Of a DNA stretch of 21,853 nt, positions 8,445 through 15,450 are shown one piece after another. Origin of the DNA: a bacterium (GTDB taxonomy: Bacteria; Hinthialibacterota; Hinthialibacteria; Hinthialibacterales; Hinthialibacteraceae); NCBI GenBank assembly GCA_041946805.1, contig JBHGBC010000100.1, positions 1 through 21,853 of the forward strand. The letters run 5' to 3'. Made by a program: the position numbers and the translations under genes. Position 1 is the stretch's first letter. Each line of letters starts with the position of its first letter. Under the pieces are notes generated by a model, which saw only the letters and a program-made list of their open reading frames with translations, did not search any database and was not told the origin of the DNA.

Positions 8445-8559
8445 CGGGGTTGAGCAGCCCAGGATTACCCCCCTGGGCTATTTTAAAGTCGTCCCCGGAA
8501 GGGGACTCATTTTACCGGGAAGCGAAAGGTAATACGCTAAAAGTAGAGGTAAAACTTAG
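8445..8559 (+). repeat. ~115-bp double-hairpin dispersed repeat (MITE/REP-like), copy 1
   Basis: AGCCCAGG…CCTGGGCT (8456-8479), GTCCCC-GGAA-GGGGAC (8491-8506) and an A-rich tail. Aligns along its length with 21436-21553. Confidence 0.85.
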
Positions 8560-8576
8560 TTATCCGCGGTTCATCG

Positions 8577-8628
8577 GGAGGTCGCCCTCCCGCCCCTCAC
8601 CCTGGCCCTCTTCCAGAGGGAGAGGGGA
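8577..8628 (+). repeat. Truncated REPIN end fused to a BoxC-like repeat
   Basis: GGGAGGTCGCCCTCCCG|CCCCTCACCCTGGCCCTCTTCCAGAGGGAGAGGGG has the same junction as the reverse complement of about 19775-19825. Confidence 0.75.
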
Positions 8629-8737
8629 ATTAGGGTTGCTTTTTCCAACTTGTCTACTCGATGACCGGTCACGCTCCGGGAAAATGTACACATTCATCGG
8701 ATGAAACCATTATCCTGTCATCTGTGAAGACAAGCTC

Positions 8738-9733
8738 TTATTTTTTATCTTTCAAGATCCGGTCCAGGAAATCCAACACCTTCGACTCGATGTAGGGATA
8801 TCCCGCCATGCCGGTGAACAGGACGGCGCTGTAATGGCCGGTGGGCAGGTAGATCGTGCGGGGGTATCCCAGCGCTTCCCGCAATAACTCCCCGTTGCGC
8901 CGGGGAACGGTGTGGTCCATGCGGGCCAAGATGAGGAGCGTGGTGCGGGGATCAATGTATGGCGTGAAACGAAGCGGCTCGGTCTGCAGCGCGGCGCGCA
9001 GTTGCTGTTCGGCTTGCGGGGGCGTCAAGTGGTTGTTTTCCGCGTAGCGGTGGAACAGATCCCGCAGGTTGGGCAAGTTGCTGTGAGAAAGGATGGATGG
9101 CAGATCGCCGCCCGCCAGCGCGATGACGTTGGCTTTGAGCCGGCGGTCCACGCCCGCCAGGACCGTGTTCTTGATTCCCCCGTAGCTGATGCCGAAACTG
9201 CCGAGCGCTCCGGGATCGACTTCCGGCTGCCGGCTGAGCCAGTCGAGGGCCACCCGGTCGCGGATGACCGCCATCCGCAGGCGTTCGTCCAGCTGTCCGG
9301 GGCTTTGGATGTCTCGCGTCAAATCCCGGGGACGGTGCACCACGGCGCAGTGATACCCATGCCGCGCGAAGTGTTGCGCGAAATGATCGGCGACCCGGTT
9401 GCGTCCCCCCAGGATGGGCGAAATCAACAGGCCTGGATGCCGCTGGTGATCCAGGCAGGGAAAATAATCGACCAGGATGGGGGCCTCGCCGCCCGAGAGG
9501 TTCCCGCCGGGAGAGGCGCCGTCGGGAATCAGGGTCACCCGCCGGCGGTCTGATTCCCAAGGGCCGGGCTGGGCGGTCCATTCCCGGGCGGCCGAAAAGA
9601 CCGCCTGATGGATTTCCGGGCGGGGAGAAGGAGCGGAGGCATGGGGATTCAGGGGGATGGAGGCGCAGCCCCCCTGGAAAAGAAAGAGCCCGGAAATCAG
9701 GAAGAGATGGAAATAGAGCCGGGGAATATTCAT
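8738..9733 (-). CDS. Alpha/beta-hydrolase-fold lipoprotein (putative esterase/peptidase)
   Basis: Signal peptide ending FQGG-C (lipobox-like); nucleophile elbow GISYGG; acid residue in MDHTVP; catalytic His in TGHYS. Confidence 0.8.
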   Translation of the reverse strand: MNIPRLYFHLFLISGLFLFQGGCASIPLNPHASAPSPRPEIHQAVFSAAREWTAQPGPWESDRRRVTLIPDGASPGGNLSGGEAPILVDYFPCLDHQRHPGLLISPILGGRNRVADHFAQHFARHGYHCAVVHRPRDLTRDIQSPGQLDERLRMAVIRDRVALDWLSRQPEVDPGALGSFGISYGGIKNTVLAGVDRRLKANVIALAGGDLPSILSHSNLPNLRDLFHRYAENNHLTPPQAEQQLRAALQTEPLRFTPYIDPRTTLLILARMDHTVPRRNGELLREALGYPRTIYLPTGHYSAVLFTGMAGYPYIESKVLDFLDRILKDKK

Positions 9734-9838
9734 GACCCGCTTGCCTGTTGAGAGAAGGGTTCGTATGATATGGCCAATCCAGACGGTGGCCGTCCGGACC
9801 GGGACGGCCCGATCATTCTATTTGTTTTGGAGGGAACC

Positions 9839-10141
9839 ATGAAGTTCAATCGTTTTCTGCTGTACGTGTTGGCGGGAGTGATGTGCGTGGCCCTCGCCGG
9901 TTGCGCCAGCACTGCCAAGCGGACCGCCATGGACGATCAAACCATCGCGGAACGCATCAAGGCTTCTCTCGAATCCCCCATGGGACCGGCGGGACCCTTC
10001 TCCATTGAAATCAATGTTTACAAGGGAATCGTGTCGCTGGACGGCCAGGTGCCGAGTGACGCCGTGAAGGAACAAGTCATGCAGACGGCCCACACCACCG
10101 AGGGCGTGCAGGAAATCAAGAGTTATCTCCGGGTGCAATGA
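9839..10141 (+). CDS. Single BON-domain lipoprotein
   Basis: RBS GGAGGG; lipobox LAGC; BON pattern DDQTIAERIKASL…IEINVYKGIVSLDGQV…GVQEIKSYLRV. Confidence 0.88.
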   Translation: MKFNRFLLYVLAGVMCVALAGCASTAKRTAMDDQTIAERIKASLESPMGPAGPFSIEINVYKGIVSLDGQVPSDAVKEQVMQTAHTTEGVQEIKSYLRVQ

Positions 10142-10671
10142 AAAAGGCGGTCTTGTCATCCCAGGTCGAACTGGTCCAGGGAGACATCACGCGGCAGGAT
10201 ACGGACGCCATTGTCAACGCCGCCAACAGCACCTTGTTGGGTGGAGGCGGCGTTGACGGGGCCATCCACTGGGCCGGCGGTCCCGCCATCCTGGAGGAAT
10301 GCCGGCGGCTGGGGGGATGTCCCCCCGGGGAGGCGAAAATCACCACCGGGGGAAACCTGAAGGCCCGGTATGTCATTCACACCGTGGGGCCGGTTTATCA
10401 CGGTGGGACCTCCGGCGAGGCCGAACTCCTGGCCCGGTGCTACCGCCGCAGCCTGGAGGTGGCGGTGGAACACGGCCTCGGGACGATCGCGTTTCCCTCG
10501 ATCAGCACGGGCGCCTACCGGTATCCGGCGCGGGAGGCGGCGCGGGTGGCGTTATCGGCGGTAAAGGAGTTTTTGGAGACGGCGCGGGGAATCCGGCTGG
10601 CGCGGTTCGTGCTTTTTGACGAGTTCACATACCGGGCGTATGCGGAAGCCATGGAGGAACTCTGGAAGTAA
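10138..10671 (+). CDS. ymdB: Macrodomain O-acetyl-ADP-ribose deacetylase (YmdB/MacroD-like)
   Basis: GDIT, DAIVNAAN..LLGGGGVDGAIH, VIHTVGP and IAFPSISTGAYRYP. The start overlaps the BON gene stop (ATGA). Confidence 0.92.
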   Translation: MKKAVLSSQVELVQGDITRQDTDAIVNAANSTLLGGGGVDGAIHWAGGPAILEECRRLGGCPPGEAKITTGGNLKARYVIHTVGPVYHGGTSGEAELLARCYRRSLEVAVEHGLGTIAFPSISTGAYRYPAREAARVALSAVKEFLETARGIRLARFVLFDEFTYRAYAEAMEELWK

Positions 10672-10681
10672 CGTGGAAAAC

Positions 10682-11815
10682 TCATTCAGCCGGCGGGGGC
10701 GGTGGATTCGGTGATTCATCCATTGGGGAGGAGGCCGAGCCATCCGCTCCCCCGGAGGATAAAGCCGCCGTGCCACCCGGGGAGGTGGGGATGTCCTTAA
10801 ATGAGGTGGAGGCGGCAACGAACGGCCCCGTGTCCGGAATCGGTTCGAGGGATTCCGGATTTTTTATTTCATCCTCTCCGCCCCGCGGTTCCAGTTCCTC
10901 CGCCCCCGTCAAACGCGCCATGAAAGACAGCGCGTAGGCATTTTGTAAGACCGGAAGGGGCAGCAAAAAAAAGGTGAGGATAAATTCGAACGGCGACGAG
11001 AGCAACCAGAGGAGCAAGGCCCGCGCGACCCCCAGCTCGATCGGATTGAAATAAGGCGTGTAGTAGCCGAAACTGAGGATACCCACGATCAGATTGAACC
11101 AGAACAAGATGAAGACGGAACACAGCACCAGCAGGAACCGGAGAACGGCGTAGCCCAGGAAATCGCCCATGTTTTCCAAGGCCAGACGCAGCGACGTTCC
11201 CCAGGCTTCGAAAATCCCCTTTTGCTGAATGGCCATCAGGGGGGCCACCATGGAATTGAACAGGACCAGGTAGAGAGCCACGAGCACTCCGAGAATCGTC
11301 AACAAGATCAGATTCAGGGTGACGATGAGGATCAGGGCGGTGGTCTGTTCGAAGGAGGCGGTCAAAAACCAGGCGGCCGTCAGCATGATGAAGAAGCCCA
11401 CGGTCAGGGTGAGCAAGAACAAAAACTTGACGATGAAATTCCACAAAAAGAAGGCGATGATCTGAGGCATCAGCCGTTGGAAGGAAGCCAAATAATACAA
11501 AACGCCCTGCGCGATGCCTTCATACAACGCGAACCGGGCGCACGCGCTCAGAAAATCGAAGAGTATCGTCAGGAGAAAATAGACCATCAGCAAGGTGATG
11601 ATCGTGGGCAATTGCTTCATGGCTTCCTCGGCCAATGTCTCGTAGCCGGAGGTCATGAGTTCTTCGTAATTGAGGTGGAGGTTCAGCAAGGAGATTCCCT
11701 GGATCAGGAAGACCAGCAGCGCCGCCTTGATCCAATATATCAAGCGGAACGGTTGAAACAACAAGCGAAGCGTGTGGCTCCAACTCCGGGACAAGGCATC
11801 GGTACAAGCGGCCAT
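10682..11815 (-). CDS. Hypothetical polytopic membrane protein with a Pro/Ser/acidic C-terminal tail
   Basis: RBS GAGGAG; about 6 hydrophobic segments; low-complexity tail. Confidence 0.8.
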   Translation of the reverse strand: MAACTDALSRSWSHTLRLLFQPFRLIYWIKAALLVFLIQGISLLNLHLNYEELMTSGYETLAEEAMKQLPTIITLLMVYFLLTILFDFLSACARFALYEGIAQGVLYYLASFQRLMPQIIAFFLWNFIVKFLFLLTLTVGFFIMLTAAWFLTASFEQTTALILIVTLNLILLTILGVLVALYLVLFNSMVAPLMAIQQKGIFEAWGTSLRLALENMGDFLGYAVLRFLLVLCSVFILFWFNLIVGILSFGYYTPYFNPIELGVARALLLWLLSSPFEFILTFFLLPLPVLQNAYALSFMARLTGAEELEPRGGEDEIKNPESLEPIPDTGPFVAASTSFKDIPTSPGGTAALSSGGADGSASSPMDESPNPPPPPAE

Positions 11816-11918
11816 GACGAATGTGTTCTCCTCGATCGCGTCCGTGGAAGCAACCCGGTGGTTATTCCCGCGGCCGGCAGCTGAGTGGTATTCTGGAACC
11901 GGATAGACCAGAAACGTT

Positions 11919-13052
11919 ATGCACCATCATACACAGGTTTTGATCGATCGACGAGCGTACGAGCACAATCTGAAAACATTGGCGGCCGGATTGACTCCCG
12001 GATGCCGGATTTGCGCCGTGCTCAAGGCCGACGCCTATGGTCACGGATTGGACCTGTTGGCGCCCGCGGCCGTGGCGGCGGGGGCGGACGTGATCGGCAT
12101 CACCGACAATTGGGAAGCCGAGCTGGTCCGGCGTTTGAATCTGCAAGTTTCCCTCCTGCGCCTGCGGCCTTCCACCGCCGAGGAAGCCGCCGAGGCGCGG
12201 GAGTGGCGCGTCGAAGAGGTGATTGGCTCGTTGGAACAGGCGAAGGCCTTGTCGCGCGCGGCCCGGGACGGCCATCATAATTTTCCCGTCCATCTGAAAT
12301 TGGATGTGGGCATCGGCCGGATGGGATTTTCACTTCCCGCCCAGTGGAACGAACTCCAGGAGGCTTGCCGGCTCGAGGGTATACAGGTCCGTGGCGTCAT
12401 GACTCATTTCCCCTGCGCCGATGAAGCGGAGTTGGGGGAGACTCGGGCCGAGTTGGAGCGGTTTCAACGGGACGCGCGCCGCATCCAGGCCTCGTTGCCG
12501 GATCCGTTGATCCGCCATGCCGCCAACAGCGCGGCCAGCCTGCGGCTGCCGGACAGCCACCAGGAAATGGCGCGGCTGGGGATCGTCACGTATGGGCTGG
12601 CTCCCTCGCCCGAAGTTCCGCTATCCGAGGCGTTGCGGCCGGTCATGCGGTGGATCTCCCACGTGGCGCAGGTGCGTGTGGTCCCGGCGGGCTCCACCAT
12701 CGGCTATGGCATGACCGTGCGCCTGGACCGTGACCGGCGAATCGCCACGCTGCCGGCCGGCTACGCGGATGGTTATCAGCGCGCGTTTTCCAACCGGGCG
12801 GAGGTGGTGATCCGGGGCGTCCGGTGTCCGGTGGTGGGGCGGGTATCCATGGACCTGACGACCGTGGATGTCACGCATGTTCCGGAAGTCCAGCCGGGGG
12901 ATGAAGTGGTGCTGATCGGGCGCCAGGGCCGGGAACAAATCACGGCCGATGATTTGGCCCGCTGGGCCGGGACCATCAACTACGAAATCGCGTGCCTGGT
13001 AGGGAAATGCAACCGTGCCTGGCGCCGGGCCGAATCGTGGACGGAATCGTAG
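11919..13052 (+). CDS. alr: Alanine racemase
   Basis: AVLKADAYGHG (PLP lysine), VHLKLDVGIGRMG, MTHFPCAD, HAANSAA, TIGYG (catalytic Tyr), GYADG, GRVSMD and GTINYEI. Confidence 0.95.
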   Translation: MHHHTQVLIDRRAYEHNLKTLAAGLTPGCRICAVLKADAYGHGLDLLAPAAVAAGADVIGITDNWEAELVRRLNLQVSLLRLRPSTAEEAAEAREWRVEEVIGSLEQAKALSRAARDGHHNFPVHLKLDVGIGRMGFSLPAQWNELQEACRLEGIQVRGVMTHFPCADEAELGETRAELERFQRDARRIQASLPDPLIRHAANSAASLRLPDSHQEMARLGIVTYGLAPSPEVPLSEALRPVMRWISHVAQVRVVPAGSTIGYGMTVRLDRDRRIATLPAGYADGYQRAFSNRAEVVIRGVRCPVVGRVSMDLTTVDVTHVPEVQPGDEVVLIGRQGREQITADDLARWAGTINYEIACLVGKCNRAWRRAESWTES

Positions 13053-13239
13053 GCCCAATCTGTTAAAAAAGTGTTTGGAAGGGATAAACTCGATAAATTC
13101 GATAAAAATTGTAATTATTATAAAATTTTAATAATCAAGCCATTTTTCGCAATGAATTGTTCCATCATCTGCTTACAAAAAAGTGGGAATCGATAGTATT
13201 TTCTACAGATTGATATGATCTACATAATTTATATAAGAT

Positions 13240-13258
13240 ATGTAATGCAGTGTTACAT
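13240..13258. promoter_or_regulatory. Palindromic operator-like site ATGTAA-N7-TTACAT
   Basis: ATGTAA TGCAGTG TTACAT lies about 100 bp upstream of the putative TSS and fits the TGTNA-N7-TNACA pattern. Confidence 0.5.
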
Positions 13259-13314
13259 TATACCCGTGATTCCGGCTCAGATGAAAAAAAATCGAGTAAG
13301 CTGCCAATTCTTTC

Positions 13315-13342
13315 TTGACAAATTTTTGAGTTTCTGTATCGT
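13315..13342 (+). promoter_or_regulatory. Sigma70-type promoter
   Basis: Perfect -35 TTGACA (13315-13320), 16-nt spacer, -10 TATCGT (13337-13342) and AT-rich upstream DNA. Confidence 0.6.
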
Positions 13343-13348
13343 TATATT

Positions 13349-13419
13349 TGGGCTTCCAACCTCCGGGGCCGCTACCTGGCCTTAAACTGATATTCCCCCG
13401 GTAGCGGCCCCCTTTTTTT
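13349..13419 (+). ncRNA. Candidate ~70-nt small regulatory RNA (family not recognised)
   Basis: Lies between the promoter above and a 12-bp GC stem plus T7 terminator. It has no ORF, and the next gene is convergent. Confidence 0.5.
13365..13419 (+). terminator. Rho-independent terminator with an unusually large (23-nt) loop
   Basis: GGGGCCGCTACC (13365-13376) and GGTAGCGGCCCC (13400-13411) form a perfect stem, followed by TTTTTTT (13413-13419). Confidence 0.8.
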
Positions 13420-13440
13420 GCTTTCCAGAGTTTTATGGCG

Positions 13441-14808
13441 TCATTGCGTGGTGGTTACGGGATAGAGAGGATTGTCCGTGCGCGCTTCCTGGAACAATAA
13501 TTCCATTTTTTGGAGGATGTCCGGATGTTGCGCGGCAAGGTTGGTGGTCTCGCCCAAATCCGTCTCCAGGTCGTAGAGTTCGACCGGTGGTTTCCAGCCC
13601 AGACGCAATGCTTTCCAATTTCCCATCCGGATCGCTTGTTTGCCCCCTTGTTCATGGAACTCCCAGTATAAGTAATCGTGGCTGGTTTGCGGGCGTTGGA
13701 AGAGGGCGTTGACCATGGAAAGGCCATCCCCCTTTTCCGGCAACGTGGCGCCCGCCAGTGCCGCGGCGGTGGCGGGGAAGTCCCAGAAGGCCCAGACTTG
13801 ATCGCTGACCGCCCCCGCCGGAATCTGGCCGGGCCAGCGGGCGATCATGGGCACGCGGATGCCGCCTTCGTAGAGGTCGCGCTTGATGCCGCGCAGGGGG
13901 CCGTTGCTGTCGAAGAAATCGGGATCGGATCCACCCTCGCGGTGCGGGCCATTGTCGCTGCTGAAAAAAACGATGGTGTTCTTGTCCAAACCGAGTTCCA
14001 GGAGCAGGGCGAAGAGGCGGCCGATGTCCGCGTCGAGCAGGGTGATCATGGCGGCGCGGTTTTTTTCGTTTTGCGGCCAGGGTTGATCGCTGTAGGGTTT
14101 GTCGCTGGGGATGGGCATGCCGTTGACGCCGCCTTCGTTGAAGGCGTGGGGGATGGTATACGCCAGGTACAAGAAGAAGGGCTGTTGCTGGCTGCGCCGG
14201 ACGAAATCGAGGGCTTCCTGGGTGAAGGCGTTGTGCGTGTAGGTCCAGCGGTCGAAGAAATAGCGCTCCTCGTTCTTCCAGACATAGTCCGGGTAATAGT
14301 TATGGGCGCGGCTTTGGTTGAGGTATCCAAACCAATAATCGAAGCCTTGGCGGTTGGGGATGCCGGTGGTATCCGGTTCGCCCAGGCCCCATTTGCCCAC
14401 GATTCCCGTGGCGTAGCCGGCGTTTTTCAGCATTTCGGCGATGGTGGTGTCTTCGGGGAGCAGGGGGTGAAGTTTGTTGCCCCGGACGCGTGCGTGGCCG
14501 GTGTGCAGGCCGGTCATCAGGCAGCAGCGGGAGGGGGCGCAAACGGTGCTGCCCGCGTAGCATTGGGTGAAACGGATGCCCTCGCGCGCCATTTGGTCGA
14601 GATGGGGCGTCTGGATGACTTTCTGGCCGTAGCAGCCCACGTCGCCGTAACCCAGGTCGTCGGCCAGGATGAAGATGATGTTGGGTGGACGGCCGGTTGC
14701 CTCACCGGCTCCCAAACCGCCGGGAGATAGAATCCGCGTACCGGACAGCAGCCCCGCGGCGGCGAGGCCGGTGGTTTTCATAAATTGCCGCCGGGTGGAA
14801 TTCGTCAT
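13441..14808 (-). CDS. Formylglycine-dependent (Cys-type) sulfatase with Tat signal
   Basis: Tat motif TRRQFMK; PNIIFILADDLGYGD; CAPSR..LMTG; GKWGLG; SSDNG; KRDLYEGGIRVP. RBS GAAAGGTG precedes ATG 14808. Confidence 0.95.
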   Translation of the reverse strand: MTNSTRRQFMKTTGLAAAGLLSGTRILSPGGLGAGEATGRPPNIIFILADDLGYGDVGCYGQKVIQTPHLDQMAREGIRFTQCYAGSTVCAPSRCCLMTGLHTGHARVRGNKLHPLLPEDTTIAEMLKNAGYATGIVGKWGLGEPDTTGIPNRQGFDYWFGYLNQSRAHNYYPDYVWKNEERYFFDRWTYTHNAFTQEALDFVRRSQQQPFFLYLAYTIPHAFNEGGVNGMPIPSDKPYSDQPWPQNEKNRAAMITLLDADIGRLFALLLELGLDKNTIVFFSSDNGPHREGGSDPDFFDSNGPLRGIKRDLYEGGIRVPMIARWPGQIPAGAVSDQVWAFWDFPATAAALAGATLPEKGDGLSMVNALFQRPQTSHDYLYWEFHEQGGKQAIRMGNWKALRLGWKPPVELYDLETDLGETTNLAAQHPDILQKMELLFQEARTDNPLYPVTTTQ

Positions 14809-14900
14809 GAGCAGGATGCACCTTTCTTTTCTGCGTTCTTGACCGTCATGCCATGCGATTATGCCATACAAAACAAACCAGTGTCCACATGAAAGGGATT

Positions 14901-15296
14901 GGAGAGGGGATGGCTGGGCGTGAGGGGATCGCGGGAGGGCGAACCTCCGGGTGAGCCACGGACGCCTGTTCGGACGACATCCCCGCGCAAGCGGGGATCC
15001 AGGACCGTAGGGGCCCGTTGCACGTGCCCCGGTATCTCACCGGGCGGACACCTAGGTCCGCCCTGACGGAATTCCCTCACCCCTCGGGAGAGGGCCGGGG
15101 TGAGGGTAAATATTACTGAAATGGCAACCCTTAGGCTGACAAAAAAAACTGGCCGGAGAACGAGAGGGCGAGGCTCCCACCGAGCCGAATGGTTCCGATA
15201 CGCCCCATGTTTCCCACGGCTCACCCGGAGGTTCGCCCTCCCGGATCGGAACTTGTGGGTAATGATCAGCCCTCTGGGAGAGGGTCAGGGTGAGGG
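14901..15296. repeat. Mosaic of several palindromic repeat families (BIME-like cluster)
   Basis: BoxC-like copies at 14901-14927, 15072-15106 and 15270-15296. GGGAGGGCGAACCTCC REP at 14933-14957. dRS3-like CATCCCCGCGCAAGCGGGGATCCAG at 14978-15002. GTAG-type REPs at 15007-15030 and 15042-15067. REPIN at 15161-15243. Confidence 0.85.
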
Positions 15297-15450
15297 AATT
15301 CATTCCCCCTCGGAGACACTCCCGCCATGTCGTATCTCTCTCATGGATCCTAATCCAAGGTAACTTCCTTCCCAGGAAGGTGTACAATCATGTTTTCCTT
15401 GAAGCGGGGCATGAGCCTCGCAAATAATGGTTTGTAAGGTGAAAGGGAAC

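Noticed and set aside
8685..8712. Weak similarity of TGTACACATTCATCGGA to the reverse complement of ~15370-15386 (TGTACACCTTCCTGGGA)
   Set aside because: The match is too short and degenerate to distinguish from chance without a genome-wide search.
13053..13314. Replication origin in the AT-rich tract
   Set aside because: No DnaA-box cluster and no dnaA or rep gene nearby.
14901..15296. Possible CRISPR array
   Set aside because: The repeats belong to different families, are irregularly spaced and inverted, and there are no cas genes.
15052..15387. Short ORFs across repeat clusters (also 8450-8704, 4928-5140, 14859-15224, 21623-21847)
   Set aside because: They are largely translations of palindromic repeats (PHPGPLP, LTPALS, WIPACAGM) with no independent coding evidence.
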